Below are positions 1 through 9,269 of a DNA stretch of 32,000 nt, one piece after another. The position numbers were made by a program, and so were the translations under genes. This DNA comes from Caldimicrobium thiodismutans (GTDB lineage Bacteria > Desulfobacterota > Thermodesulfobacteria > Thermodesulfobacteriales > Thermodesulfobacteriaceae), in assembly GCF_001548275.1 (NCBI RefSeq), contig NZ_AP014945.1, forward strand, positions 930,001 to 962,000, in the 5' to 3' direction. Each line of letters starts with the position of its first letter. The first letter of the stretch is position 1. The notes beneath the pieces are model-generated. The model searched no databases. It was not told where the DNA came from and saw only the letters and a program-made list of their open reading frames with translations.

Positions 1-446
1 TGGTGCGCACAGATTATATTCTTTTTATCGCCAGTGGAGCCTTTCACATTGCCAAACCCTCAGACTTAATTCCTGAACTTCAGGGAAGGTTTCCTATTCG
101 GGTTGAGCTTGATCCCCTAACCAAAGAGGATTTCATTCGTATTTTGACTATTCCTGAAAATGCCATACTTAAGCAATATCAAGCCTTGCTGGCAACAGAA
201 GGGGTTGAGCTTGAATTTTCTCAAGAGGCTATAGAGGAGATGGCAGGTATTGCCTTTGAGATCAATCAGAAAATGGAAAATATAGGTGCCAGAAGGCTTT
301 ACACAGTTATTGAAAAAGTTCTTGAGGATATCTCCTTTGAAGCCCCTGATATTGCTCCAGCTAAAATTGTTATCACTCCAGAGTTTGTGAGAGAAAAATT
401 AGGGGAGATCATGGAAAAAGAGGAACTAATGAAGTTCGTCCTCTAA
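1..446 (+). CDS. hslU: ATP-dependent protease ATPase subunit HslU, C-terminal fragment (gene starts upstream of the window)
   Basis: The ORF runs off the 5' edge. The translation ([25 protein letters not shown] ... [24 protein letters not shown]) matches the conserved C-terminal AAA+ region of HslU. TAA stop at 444-446. Confidence 0.9.
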   Translation, partial: VRTDYILFIASGAFHIAKPSDLIPELQGRFPIRVELDPLTKEDFIRILTIPENAILKQYQALLATEGVELEFSQEAIEEMAGIAFEINQKMENIGARRLYTVIEKVLEDISFEAPDIAPAKIVITPEFVREKLGEIMEKEELMKFVL

Positions 447-449
447 AAA

Positions 450-1730
450 ATGTCTTCTACCCGAGTCCTTTTCTTTACAGGCATTATTGGAAATGTCCTT
501 GAGTGGTATGATTTTATTATTTATGGTTATTTTGCCTCGCAATTTGCTAAGCTTTTTTTCCCGGTTTCAGATCCTGCAGTCTCCTTAATCTTAAGTTTTT
601 CAGCCTTTGCCATAGGTTTTTTTGCCAGACCTCTTGGGGCGCTTTTTATTGGATATCTTGGGGATAGATGGGGTAGAAAGCCTGCCCTTTTAATGTCCAT
701 AGTTCTTATGGCCATTCCATCCTTTCTTATGATCTTCCTCCCCACCTATGAGACTCTGGGGATACTGGCTCCCCTTTTTTTAACTCTTTTAAGGATACTG
801 CAAGGATTTTCAGCTGGTGGGGAATATACTACCTCCATAACCTTTCTGCTTGAACACAGCTCACCCACTAAAAGGGCTCTTTGGAGCAGTGTGAATCTTT
901 TTGGGGCTATCCTTGGGATTCTTCTTGGTTCTCTTGTGGCAACCTTACTACATCACTTTTTATCTCAAGAAATCCTTGAGGCTTATGGCTGGAGATTGGC
1001 CTATTTACCCACTCTTTTTCTGGCTTACATTGGCTATATTATCAGAAGACACACCTATGAAACCCCTGCCTTTGTAAAAGAGACCTTCTCTCCCTTAAAG
1101 GGATTTCCATTATTTTATGCTTTGAAGAGGTATCCCCGTTCCTTTTTTCTAACCCTGTTTCTCTCCATGGTGCAGGGAGTTGCCTTCTATATCCTCTTTG
1201 TTTATTTTCCCACCTACTTTGCCCGTTATTTTGGAATTGCTCAGGATAGGGCCCTTTTTTCAAACACCTTAGCTATGATCTTACTAAATATTCTAATTTT
1301 GCCCTGTGCTTATCTTTCAGACCTTTATGGCCGAAGGCCCTTTTTTCTCCTTTCCCTTTTTCTTTATGCTGCAATCAGTGCTTTGCTTAATTATTATTTA
1401 ATTCCCAAGGGATATACCTTTATGCTTCTTTCTCACCTTGCCCTTGCTTTTATCTCTGGATTTTTCATGAGTATTCTTCCCGTTACACTTGCTGAGCTCT
1501 TTCCTGTAAAAATTAGAAGCACTTCCTTTGCCTTCCTCTATAATTTTTCCTTAGCTCTTTTTGGAGGAACAGCCCCTATGGTTTGCACCTATTTTATTGA
1601 AAAGACGGGATTTTTGACCTTTCCGGGATTTTATCTTTCTGGAATTACTGCTCTTGTCTTTTTGATTACCTTCTTTTTTCTACCAGAGACTCATCCCCTT
1701 AAATCCAAGGGTTCAGCCCAGAGGTCATAG
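450..1730 (+). CDS. MFS transporter, metabolite:H+ symporter (ProP/KgtP-like) subfamily
   Basis: 426-aa ORF that is hydrophobic throughout, with about 12 helices. It has the N-terminal GNVLEWYDFIIYGYF motif and the GDRWGRK loop motif typical of this MFS subfamily. Substrate not inferable. Confidence 0.8.
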   Translation: MSSTRVLFFTGIIGNVLEWYDFIIYGYFASQFAKLFFPVSDPAVSLILSFSAFAIGFFARPLGALFIGYLGDRWGRKPALLMSIVLMAIPSFLMIFLPTYETLGILAPLFLTLLRILQGFSAGGEYTTSITFLLEHSSPTKRALWSSVNLFGAILGILLGSLVATLLHHFLSQEILEAYGWRLAYLPTLFLAYIGYIIRRHTYETPAFVKETFSPLKGFPLFYALKRYPRSFFLTLFLSMVQGVAFYILFVYFPTYFARYFGIAQDRALFSNTLAMILLNILILPCAYLSDLYGRRPFFLLSLFLYAAISALLNYYLIPKGYTFMLLSHLALAFISGFFMSILPVTLAELFPVKIRSTSFAFLYNFSLALFGGTAPMVCTYFIEKTGFLTFPGFYLSGITALVFLITFFFLPETHPLKSKGSAQRS

Positions 1731-2995
1731 GCCCCACTTTTTAGAATTTTTACCTTTACCAAATTTCCAGGTAAAAGATTATTGATGCCCCTTTTAAGAA
1801 AGGTAAGGCCGTCAATTTCTGGGGCCTGTAGTGTAGAAAGGCCAAAAAGCCGACCTTTAATATCCTCTCCAAGAATTAAAACCTCATCTCTTTGACCAAC
1901 CCTTAAGTTTAAACGCTTTTTTGTTATTTCTTTCTGAACCTTTAAGACCTCTTTTACCCGTCTTTTTTTCTCTTTTGAAGGAACCTGTTCAGGAAGAGCC
2001 TCAGCAGGTGTCCCTTCTTCAGGATAAAAGGGAAAAACCCCTAAGTAATCAAATTGGGCCTCTTTAAGAAAGGTGATAAGATTGAGGAAGTGCTTTTCTT
2101 TCTCTCCCGGGAAGCCAACTATAATGCTTGTCCGAAGGGTTGCCATAGAATTGAAAGAGCGCACCTTTTCTATTATTTTCAAGATTCTTTCAGGGGTATA
2201 CCCCCGATGCATCTTTTTCAAAATCTCGGAATCAGCATGCTGAATAGGAATCTCAAAATAGGGCACAACCTTTGGGATTTCAAAAATAGCCTCAATAAGC
2301 TCATCACTCAGATGAAGAAGATGAAGATAGAGAAGTCTTATTCGAAAATGAAAAGGAAGAGAAGAGATTTTTTTAAGGAGCTTGATAAGAAGATTAGATT
2401 CCTTAAGATCCCTACCATATAAGGTTATATCCTGACCCACAATGATAAGCTCCCTTACCCCTTTTTTCAGGAGATTTTCTGCCTCTTTGAGAACCAACTC
2501 CAAGGGTTTACTTCTAAAGGGGCCTCTTATTTTGGGAATAGTGCAATAACTACAACGATGACTACATCCCTCTGAGATCTTTAAGTAGCTATAAAAGGGG
2601 CTTTCTGAAAGCACTTTATCAGAAGGCTCTTCTTTAGCAAAATAGCGAAAGGGCTCGATACCATAGAATTCATCAACCTCAGGTAAAAGTTTTTTCAGGT
2701 CCTCAATAGCATATCTGGCAGGAAGGCATCCTGAAACAATGAGTTTTTGGTGGGGGGTTTTAAGCTCTCCCAATTCAAAGATATGTTCAAGGGCTTCATT
2801 TACAGCTGGCTGGATAAAGGCACAGGTATTCACCCAGAAAAGATCTGCCTCCCCGGGATCAAGGGTAAACTCATAACCCTTCTGGTTTAAAAGAAAAAGC
2901 AGTTTTTCAAAATCACTCTTATTTTTCGGGCAACCAAGACTTACAGGATAAACCTTTTTAGAGGTTTTTGATCTGACTAACTTCATTCTTTTCAT
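1691..2995 (-). CDS. rimO: Radical-SAM methylthiotransferase, most likely ribosomal protein S12 methylthiotransferase RimO
   Basis: N-terminal MTTase domain (VSLGCPKN ... VNTCAF), radical-SAM CSHRCSYC, and a C-terminal TRAM-like segment. The 434-aa size and the N-terminus fit RimO better than MiaB. The 5' end overlaps the panD stop by 38 nt. Confidence 0.72.
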   Translation of the reverse strand: MKRMKLVRSKTSKKVYPVSLGCPKNKSDFEKLLFLLNQKGYEFTLDPGEADLFWVNTCAFIQPAVNEALEHIFELGELKTPHQKLIVSGCLPARYAIEDLKKLLPEVDEFYGIEPFRYFAKEEPSDKVLSESPFYSYLKISEGCSHRCSYCTIPKIRGPFRSKPLELVLKEAENLLKKGVRELIIVGQDITLYGRDLKESNLLIKLLKKISSLPFHFRIRLLYLHLLHLSDELIEAIFEIPKVVPYFEIPIQHADSEILKKMHRGYTPERILKIIEKVRSFNSMATLRTSIIVGFPGEKEKHFLNLITFLKEAQFDYLGVFPFYPEEGTPAEALPEQVPSKEKKRRVKEVLKVQKEITKKRLNLRVGQRDEVLILGEDIKGRLFGLSTLQAPEIDGLTFLKRGINNLLPGNLVKVKILKSGAYDLWAEPLDLRG

Positions 2996-3314
2996 TTAGA
3001 TAAAGGAGTCTTGTTTTGAAATAGGGAAGCTCATTATCTGCCACCCAGGCATAGGCAACAATGATGATGCGGTCTCCAGTTTCACCAAGTCTTGCAGCTG
3101 CCCCATTTAGTATAACCTCTCCCTTTTCACCCTCAAGGAGATAGGTCTCAAAGCGCGCTCCATTATTGAGATTATAAATCCAGACTGCTTCAAAAGGCAA
3201 AAGCCCCGCCTTTTCCATAATCTCCCTATCTAAGGTGAGACTTCCCTCATAATAGAGATTTTTATCCGTAATTACAGCCTGATGAATTTTAGCTTTCAAA
3301 AGTTTTCTATACAT
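2958..3314 (-). CDS. panD: Aspartate 1-decarboxylase
   Basis: 118 aa. MYRKLLKAKIH...YYEGSLTLD contains the Gly-Ser self-processing site context, and the whole length resembles PanD. A GAGGAGG RBS lies upstream of the ATG. Confidence 0.92.
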   Translation of the reverse strand: MYRKLLKAKIHQAVITDKNLYYEGSLTLDREIMEKAGLLPFEAVWIYNLNNGARFETYLLEGEKGEVILNGAAARLGETGDRIIIVAYAWVADNELPYFKTRLLYLNEKNEVSQIKNL

Positions 3315-3337
3315 AAAGCCTCCTCATGCAATTTTTG

Positions 3338-3366
3338 TTTATAATATAAGCATGTCCCCTTTGCAA
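3338..3366 (-). promoter_or_regulatory. Candidate sigma70-type promoter for panD (TTGCAA-N17-TATAAA)
   Basis: Read on the minus strand, TTGCAA is at 3366-3361 and TATAAA at 3343-3338 after a 17-nt spacer. It is about 25 nt upstream of the panD ATG, with the RBS in between. Confidence 0.45.
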
Positions 3367-3604
3367 AAAAATCTCTTCTATCCACATCCAAAGACTCTTT
3401 TTTTTGAAATCCAGTTTTAGATTTATAGCTGAAATAGGGGATATTAAAAAGTTTGGAGAGCCTGCTAAAAAGATTATCAAATATGCATGGCTTGATCCTG
3501 TGATTAAAAGTTCTGGCAAATAGAAAAATAAAAGAATTAATAATTCCAGGGTGATTTGCCACGGCTAACCTTTTTACCTTATCCTATTTTCTAATAGTTG
3601 CCTT

Positions 3605-4450
3605 CTAAATTTTAATAACTCTATTATCAATAAGCCTTGTCTTTCCAACAAAGACAGCAATAGCTATTAGCACCGATCTCTCAATCACTGAAACAGGCTT
3701 TAAAGTCTCTGGATCCGCTATCTCCACATACTGAACCCTGTTGTGAGGAAACTTCTCTATATAATCCTTTACAAGCTCTCTTACTTTTTCAGGGTTTTTC
3801 TCTCCTCCCAGTATGAGTCTTTCTGCAAGCTTTAAGGAATGATAGAGAGAAAGGGCTGACCTTCTCTCCTCTTCAGAAAGATAGGTGTTTCTTGAACTCA
3901 TCGCTAAACCATCTTCTTCTCTGACTGTAGGGTGAGAGAGAATTTCTATCTCCAGGTTAAGGTCTCTAACCATTTGCTGGATCACCTTTAACTGCTGATA
4001 GTCCTTTTCACCAAAGACTGCCAGATGGGGTTTTACAATATTAAAAAGTTTTAGCACAATGGTTGTGACTCCTTTAAAATGTCCTGGCCTAAAGGCCCCA
4101 CACAGTCTATCAGTTAAATCTGTGACCTCAACATAGGTTTTAAAATCAGAAGGATACATATCTTCTGCTGAAGGGACAAAGACTATATCCACACCTTCCT
4201 TTTCAAGAAGGGTTAAATCTCTTTCAAGATCCCGAGGATAGACTTTAAAATCTTCAGAGGGGCCAAATTGAAGGGGATTTACAAAGATACTTACTACTAC
4301 CTTATCTGCTCTACTGCGTGCCAATCTTACCAAACTTAAATGACCCTCGTGAAGATAGCCCATAGTGGGGACAAAACCAATAATTTTATCCTCTTTACGA
4401 AGGTTTGTGCTTATCCTCTGCATCTCTTCAATTTTTTTTATTATTTCCAT
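3605..4450 (-). CDS. panC: Pantoate--beta-alanine ligase
   Basis: 281 aa with [14 protein letters not shown] (HxGH nucleotidyltransferase motif) and a full-length PanC-like sequence. The start overlaps the upstream gene's stop by 10 nt. Confidence 0.93.
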   Translation of the reverse strand: MEIIKKIEEMQRISTNLRKEDKIIGFVPTMGYLHEGHLSLVRLARSRADKVVVSIFVNPLQFGPSEDFKVYPRDLERDLTLLEKEGVDIVFVPSAEDMYPSDFKTYVEVTDLTDRLCGAFRPGHFKGVTTIVLKLFNIVKPHLAVFGEKDYQQLKVIQQMVRDLNLEIEILSHPTVREEDGLAMSSRNTYLSEEERRSALSLYHSLKLAERLILGGEKNPEKVRELVKDYIEKFPHNRVQYVEIADPETLKPVSVIERSVLIAIAVFVGKTRLIDNRVIKI

Positions 4451-5304
4451 TGGGAAAGAGGCTCTCCTTGAAAGGGTTCTAAAAGAGAATTTATATTTCC
4501 TATAAAAATATCCTTCAAGGTCTTTTCCAATTGAGGATTTAAGGCTCCATCGGGTTCGGAATAGGCTTTAGCATTAAGTCTTCCCTTAATCCATTCTTCC
4601 CAGAGTAAAAGTTTTTTCCCTCTATAGGTTTCAATAATCTTAAAATACCAGAAGGTAGAGGGATTTACTTTCAAATATAATGCACCTTCCCAAAAATCCA
4701 AAGGTCTAACTCTAAGGGGATAGGCTAATTTTTTAAGAATTTCAAAGAGTGCTTTCTGAGAATGAATTATATAGACAGAATCTCCGGTCTTTATATACCT
4801 TAGGATGTAATCCAGATCAGCATTATTGAGGGCTATACAACCTTGTGTCCAGTGGTAATTCAGTTCCCCCTTTTCTTTTTTAAAGGCCCCGCCTCCGTGA
4901 ATACCAATATTGTTTCCGAGAAGGTTTTCCCTTTGGGGATAATTTTTTTGTAAATATCTTTCAATAAATTCAAGTTTGACCTCTCCACGAAAATAAGCCA
5001 AGGACAAATCATTAAAATTAGGATAGTTGAGTTCTAAAAAGTAATAATATTGAGTTGAGGGTCTAATGGTTGTGACTTTATATGCCCCTTCAGGAGTCAA
5101 AAAATCCCCTTTTTTGCTCTTAAAAAGAGGACTCTTTAAGCCATAGCCAATTTTGGCTTCAAAAATAATATTTCCCTGATTAAAGAGATAAAGGGTATAG
5201 GTAGCTTTATCCACAAGGATGTATCTTTCCTGGGCATAAAGAAAAGAGATGAAAATAAAACCTGAGAAAATTACCAGGAAAAATCCAGAAAACCAGGACT
5301 TCAC
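4441..5304 (-). CDS. L,D-transpeptidase (YkuD domain) family protein, secreted
   Basis: N-terminal hydrophobic signal-like segment plus the catalytic His/Cys motif IGIHGGG...WTQGCIAL. The start codon is GTG at 5304-5302, and there is no alternative in-frame start. Confidence 0.75.
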   Translation of the reverse strand: MKSWFSGFFLVIFSGFIFISFLYAQERYILVDKATYTLYLFNQGNIIFEAKIGYGLKSPLFKSKKGDFLTPEGAYKVTTIRPSTQYYYFLELNYPNFNDLSLAYFRGEVKLEFIERYLQKNYPQRENLLGNNIGIHGGGAFKKEKGELNYHWTQGCIALNNADLDYILRYIKTGDSVYIIHSQKALFEILKKLAYPLRVRPLDFWEGALYLKVNPSTFWYFKIIETYRGKKLLLWEEWIKGRLNAKAYSEPDGALNPQLEKTLKDIFIGNINSLLEPFQGEPLSQWK

Positions 5305-5310
5305 ACTATA

Positions 5311-5338
5311 ATTTTATTCAAAGTTCTCTTTTATTCAA
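5311..5338 (-). promoter_or_regulatory. Candidate promoter TTGAAT-N16-TAAAAT for the L,D-transpeptidase/panC transcription unit
   Basis: On the minus strand, TTGAAT is at 5338-5333 and TAAAAT at 5316-5311. The -10 element ends only 6 nt before the GTG start. Confidence 0.45.
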
Positions 5339-5343
5339 GAGAA

Positions 5344-5530
5344 ATGTATGCGTCCATACCTTTTGAGACTCTATAGAATTTCTATGTGTTTGCCTGTTAT
5401 GTGTGTTTTAAACCCCTACACAGGGCATACACGCAAGGGCCTCCGCACTTATTACTTCTCACCTCTTACTTCTTTCCTCTTTTTTCTTTCCACTCTTCTT
5501 TTTTCTTGGAAGAATCAGAACCTATGCAAA
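5344..5530 (+). repeat. Intergenic mosaic repeat, copy C (L module, half palindrome, pyrimidine tract, R module)
   Basis: 5344-5381 matches 25141-25178 at 35 of 38 positions. TTTTAAACCCCT at 5406-5417 equals the right arm of the 25268-25291 palindrome. 5499-5530 (TTTTTTCTTGGAAGAATCAGAACCTATGCAAA) is homologous to 25455-25485 and 19788-19820. Confidence 0.7.
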
Positions 5531-5547
5531 AAAAATATTTCCCTCTT

Positions 5548-5586
5548 TTAACATTACTTTAACATTACTTTAAAACTCTTTTAATC
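5548..5586 (+). promoter_or_regulatory. Four phased Pho-box-like hexamers upstream of pstS
   Basis: TTAACA, TTAACA, TTAAAA and TTAATC start at 5548, 5559, 5570 and 5581, an exact 11-bp phasing. This matches the TT(A/T/C)ACA-N5 direct-repeat architecture of PhoP/PhoB boxes. They are followed by TAAAAT (5602-5607), a GAGGAGG RBS (5617-5623) and ATG 5631. Confidence 0.55.
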
Positions 5587-5630
5587 TTTAGGGGCTATCT
5601 TTAAAATAAATTAAAAGAGGAGGTGGCGAT

Positions 5631-6641
5631 ATGAGGAAGGTTTTAGTTAGTAAGAAAGTGTTGGCCTTAGTTGCTGGGTTATCTCTTTTTGGAGGTGTTT
5701 CCAAGGGATTTTCCTCTCAGGTTATCAAAATTGATGGGTCCTCTACGGTTTATCCCATTACAGAGGGTGTGGCTGAAGAATTTCAGAAGGCTAAAAAGGG
5801 TGCTGTAAAGGTAACAGTGGGAATTTCCGGAACCGGAGGTGGCTTTAAAAAATTCTGCAGAGGGGAAACAGATATTAGTGATGCCTCAAGGCCCATCCTT
5901 AAAAAGGAAATGGAAGAATGCAAAAAGAATGGAATCAGTTACATTGAGCTTCCTGTCGCCTATGATGGGCTTTCTGTTGTGGTCAATCCAAAAAATAACT
6001 GGGCAACCTGTATGACTGTGGAGCAATTAAAGGAGGTCTGGAAGCCCGAGTCTCAGGGTAAGACTTTTTATTGGTCTGATTTAGATTCCAATTGGCCAAA
6101 GGAGCCTATAAAGCTTTGTGGTCCTGGTTCTGACTCTGGAACCTTTGATTATTTTACCGAGGCTATTGTTGGAAAGGCTAAGTCTCAAAGAGGGGACTAT
6201 CTTGCTTCAGAAGATGACAATGTCCTTGTTCAATTTGCCCAGAGGGAAAAGGGGGCTCTCTGCTATTTTGGGCTTGCCTATGTTGAGGAAAATAAGGGTA
6301 AGATAAAGGCAATAGCTATCAAAAATCCCAAAACTGGAAAGTGCGTTTTACCAAGTCTTTCAACAGTGAAATCTGGCGAATATCAACCCCTTTCAAGGCC
6401 CCTTTTTATCTATGTCAATGCCAAATCCCTTGAAAGACCTGAGGTTAAAGAATTTGTAGAGTTTTATCTTAATAATGCAGCCAAAATTTCTAAGCAAGTA
6501 GGATATATCCCCCTTCCTGACAAGGCTTATGAACTTGCTAAAAAACGTTTCCAGAAAAGGGAGCTTGGAACAGTCTTTGGAGGTGAGCCTGAAGTAGGTT
6601 TAACAGTTGAAGAACTCTTAAAGAGAGAAGCCAAGCATTAA
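5631..6641 (+). CDS. pstS: Phosphate ABC transporter substrate-binding protein PstS
   Basis: 336 aa with a signal peptide. It has the PstS-family motifs ([25 protein letters not shown]) and is the first gene of a pstSCAB operon. Confidence 0.9.
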   Translation: MRKVLVSKKVLALVAGLSLFGGVSKGFSSQVIKIDGSSTVYPITEGVAEEFQKAKKGAVKVTVGISGTGGGFKKFCRGETDISDASRPILKKEMEECKKNGISYIELPVAYDGLSVVVNPKNNWATCMTVEQLKEVWKPESQGKTFYWSDLDSNWPKEPIKLCGPGSDSGTFDYFTEAIVGKAKSQRGDYLASEDDNVLVQFAQREKGALCYFGLAYVEENKGKIKAIAIKNPKTGKCVLPSLSTVKSGEYQPLSRPLFIYVNAKSLERPEVKEFVEFYLNNAAKISKQVGYIPLPDKAYELAKKRFQKRELGTVFGGEPEVGLTVEELLKREAKH

Positions 6642-6652
6642 TATAAGAACCT

Positions 6653-7585
6653 ATGAGGTGGGGATCCGTGAAAATAGAGCATAAAAAGAAACTTGATTAT
6701 CTCTTCAAAGGCTTCTTAATCTTTACAAGTCTTGTCTCTATCTTTGTTACTCTTGCTATAGTGATAGCCCTAATTGAGGATACTATAAAATTTTTTACCC
6801 ATCAAGAGGCAGGCGGATTCCCCACCTCTTTAATCAGATTCTTTACTGAAAGGGAATGGACACCTACCTTTGAGATCAAGAAGATTGGAATCTGGCCCCT
6901 TCTTTGTGGCACCTTTCTCATTGCCTTCATTGCTATGATAATTTCTGTGCCCCTTGGCTTAGTTATTGCTGTTTATCTCAGTGAATTTGCCTCCTATCGG
7001 ATTAAAGAATCTGTCAAACCCTGGCTTGATTTTCTTGAGGCAGTGCCAACAGTAGTTTATGGATACTTTGCTCTTCTTGGGGTTACCCCTCTTCTTCAGT
7101 GGATTCTGGGAAAATTTGGTCTTGTGGTTGAAGGAATGAATGCCCTCTCCCCAGGTATTGTGCTTGGAATTATGATTCTTCCCTTTACAGCCTCCTTAGT
7201 TGAAGATTCTCTAAGAGGAGTTCCCCAGTATCTTAGGGAGGCCTCCTATAGTCTTGGGGCCTCAAAACTTGAAACAGCCTTTAAAGTGGTTGTTCCTGCA
7301 GCCAGATCAGGAATACTTTCAGCCTATCTTCTTGGAGCTTCCCGTGCCATTGGAGAAACCATGGTAGTTGCAGTAGCTGCAGGTATGTTTCCCAATCTCA
7401 CCCTTAATCCCCTTGAACCCGTTCAGACTATCACTGGCTATATAGTGCAGGTTGCCTTAGGAGATCTTCCCTTTAACTCCTTTGAGTATCTTTCTATTTT
7501 TGCTGCAGGTTTTCTTCTTTTTATTGTGAGCTTATTTTTCAACCTCCTTGCTATTTACTTTAAATCAAAAATTGAGAGGTATTAA
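6653..7585 (+). CDS. pstC: Phosphate ABC transporter permease PstC
   Basis: 310 aa and multi-TM, with the permease loop LREASYSLGASKLETAFKVVVPAARSGI. Position in the operon supports the call. Confidence 0.9.
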   Translation: MRWGSVKIEHKKKLDYLFKGFLIFTSLVSIFVTLAIVIALIEDTIKFFTHQEAGGFPTSLIRFFTEREWTPTFEIKKIGIWPLLCGTFLIAFIAMIISVPLGLVIAVYLSEFASYRIKESVKPWLDFLEAVPTVVYGYFALLGVTPLLQWILGKFGLVVEGMNALSPGIVLGIMILPFTASLVEDSLRGVPQYLREASYSLGASKLETAFKVVVPAARSGILSAYLLGASRAIGETMVVAVAAGMFPNLTLNPLEPVQTITGYIVQVALGDLPFNSFEYLSIFAAGFLLFIVSLFFNLLAIYFKSKIERY

Positions 7586-7587
7586 AA

Positions 7588-8460
7588 ATGCATTACAAGA
7601 CCTTAGAACGAATATTTAGTTTTTTGGGTATCCTTTTTATCCTCTTTGCAATGCTTTTTTTATTTGCCATTGCTATTAAGCTTTTTGTTGATGGGATGCA
7701 TAGAATTTTTGATTTAAAATTTTATACCAGTTATCCTTCCCGATTTCCTGATCAAGCAGGGATCCTTTCTTCCCTTGTTGGCACTATATATGTTATGGCT
7801 GGGGCTATTTTTTGGTCCATTTTTTTGGGTGTTCCTGCAGGGATTTATTTAGAGGAATTTGGTGGAAAGGGTAGGATTGCCCGTATTATTGAAGCAAATA
7901 TAACTAATCTTTCCGCAGTGCCCTCCATTATTTATGGTCTTTTAGCTCTGGGAATTTTTGTTTATCGCTTTAATTTTGGAGAAAGCATACTTACTGCAGG
8001 GCTAACTCTTGGCCTTCTTATGCTTCCAGTAATTGTGGTAACTACGAGGGAGTCTTTAAGGCGGATCCCAAGAGCGATAAGAGAGGGAGCCTATGCCCTC
8101 GGGGCTACAAATTATGAACTTGTTTTTCATCATCTTTTGCCTTATTCCTTTGGAGGAATCCTAACAGGAGTTATTATTGCTACTTCCCGAGCTATTGGTG
8201 AGACCGCTCCTCTTTTAACTATCGGGGCCTTAACCTTTATTGCCTTTTTACCGCCTCCACCCTGGGAAGATTTTATCGGGATGCTCAAAAGTCCTTTTAC
8301 TGTCCTTCCTATCCAGATGTTCAACTGGGTCTCAAGACCTCAAGAGGAGTTTCACTATAATGCTGCAGCAGCTGGTTTTATTCTTCTTGTGGTCTGTTTA
8401 CTTTTAAACTCTGTAAGTTTTTATCTACGCTATAAACTGAGGAAAAAATACACCTGGTAA
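7588..8460 (+). CDS. pstA: Phosphate ABC transporter permease PstA
   Basis: 290 aa and multi-TM, with the loop [22 protein letters not shown]. Position in the operon supports the call. Confidence 0.9.
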   Translation: MHYKTLERIFSFLGILFILFAMLFLFAIAIKLFVDGMHRIFDLKFYTSYPSRFPDQAGILSSLVGTIYVMAGAIFWSIFLGVPAGIYLEEFGGKGRIARIIEANITNLSAVPSIIYGLLALGIFVYRFNFGESILTAGLTLGLLMLPVIVVTTRESLRRIPRAIREGAYALGATNYELVFHHLLPYSFGGILTGVIIATSRAIGETAPLLTIGALTFIAFLPPPPWEDFIGMLKSPFTVLPIQMFNWVSRPQEEFHYNAAAAGFILLVVCLLLNSVSFYLRYKLRKKYTW

Positions 8461-8488
8461 AAACTTCTCTCAAAGGAGATGCGAGCAA

Positions 8489-9256
8489 ATGGATGGAAAT
8501 CTAAAAATCAAAGTTGAAAATTTTAATTTTTATTATGGGAATTTTTTAGCCCTTAAAAATATTAATTTTCCGATTTATGAGAACAAGGTTACAGCCATTA
8601 TTGGTCCCTCTGGTTGTGGTAAAAGCACCTTACTTAGGTCCTTTAATCGTATGCATGATCTTTATGCAGGAACCCGTTATGAGGGCTCAATTATCCTTTA
8701 TCCCGATGGGCTTAACATAGTTTCTCCTGGGGTTGAACCCCTTTATATTCGCATGCGCATTGGCATGGTCTTTCAAAAGCCAAATCCCTTTCCCAAAAGC
8801 ATATTTGAAAATGTGGCTTATGGATTGAGAATCAAGGGGATTAAAAATAAAAGTGAACTTGCAGACCGTGTGGAAAAGGCTTTAAGGGATGCAGCATTAT
8901 GGGATGAAGTTAAAGATAGACTTAATGAAAATGCCTATTCTTTATCAGGAGGGCAACAGCAGAGACTTTGCATTGCAAGGGCTATAGCTCCTGAACCCGA
9001 AGTTTTGCTTTTTGATGAGCCAACTTCAGCCCTTGATCCTATCTCCACAGCTAAAATTGAAGACCTAATTGTAGAGTTAAAAAGCAAAATAACTATTGTT
9101 ATTGTAACCCATAATATGCAACAGGCAGCCCGTATTTCAGACTTTACTGCCTTTATGTATCTGGGAGAACTTATTGAATATGACCGAACTGAAAAAATCT
9201 TTACCAATCCTGCTAAAAAGCTCACCGAGGATTATATCACTGGAAGGTTTGGATAA
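8489..9256 (+). CDS. pstB: Phosphate ABC transporter ATP-binding protein PstB
   Basis: Walker [13 protein letters not shown] signature LSGGQQQRL, Walker [12 protein letters not shown], and a PstB-type N-terminus. Confidence 0.95.
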   Translation: MDGNLKIKVENFNFYYGNFLALKNINFPIYENKVTAIIGPSGCGKSTLLRSFNRMHDLYAGTRYEGSIILYPDGLNIVSPGVEPLYIRMRIGMVFQKPNPFPKSIFENVAYGLRIKGIKNKSELADRVEKALRDAALWDEVKDRLNENAYSLSGGQQQRLCIARAIAPEPEVLLFDEPTSALDPISTAKIEDLIVELKSKITIVIVTHNMQQAARISDFTAFMYLGELIEYDRTEKIFTNPAKKLTEDYITGRFG

Positions 9257-9269
9257 AAATGGAGGGCTT

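Noticed and set aside
2054-2422. Long ORFs antisense to well-supported genes. They are 2054-2422, 9434-9754, 11866-12225, 14536-14844, 15463-15789, 18016-18402, 20237-20560, 21149-21484, 26133-26318, 27755-28132, 29289-29534, 30256-30450, 30825-31074 and others in the track.
   Set aside because: Each lies fully inside a confidently identified gene on the other strand. They have low-complexity or odd composition (S/L/F/K-rich) and no RBS. They are the expected shadow ORFs of an AT-rich genome.
3296-3562. 88-aa and 70-aa ORFs in the panC-panD spacer.
   Set aside because: They overlap each other and the panD start, have no RBS, and are rich in rare and aromatic residues with no recognizable motif. 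The region is better explained as noncoding with the panD promoter.
5348-5551. 67-aa ORF (MRPYLLRLYRISMCLPVMCV...) between the L,D-transpeptidase gene and pstS.
   Set aside because: It lies inside repeat copy C and a polypyrimidine tract. The homologous repeat copies do not preserve the frame, and there is no RBS.
9174-9269. Upstream start (9174) for the PhoU-fusion gene, and similarly 20797 for mdh, 25545 for the protease and 28622 for hypA.
   Set aside because: These starts create long overlaps with the preceding gene or lack an RBS. The internal ATGs at 9270, 20758, 25554 and 28616 have Shine-Dalgarno sequences or canonical N-termini (MKLSIIGAG, MHEYS).
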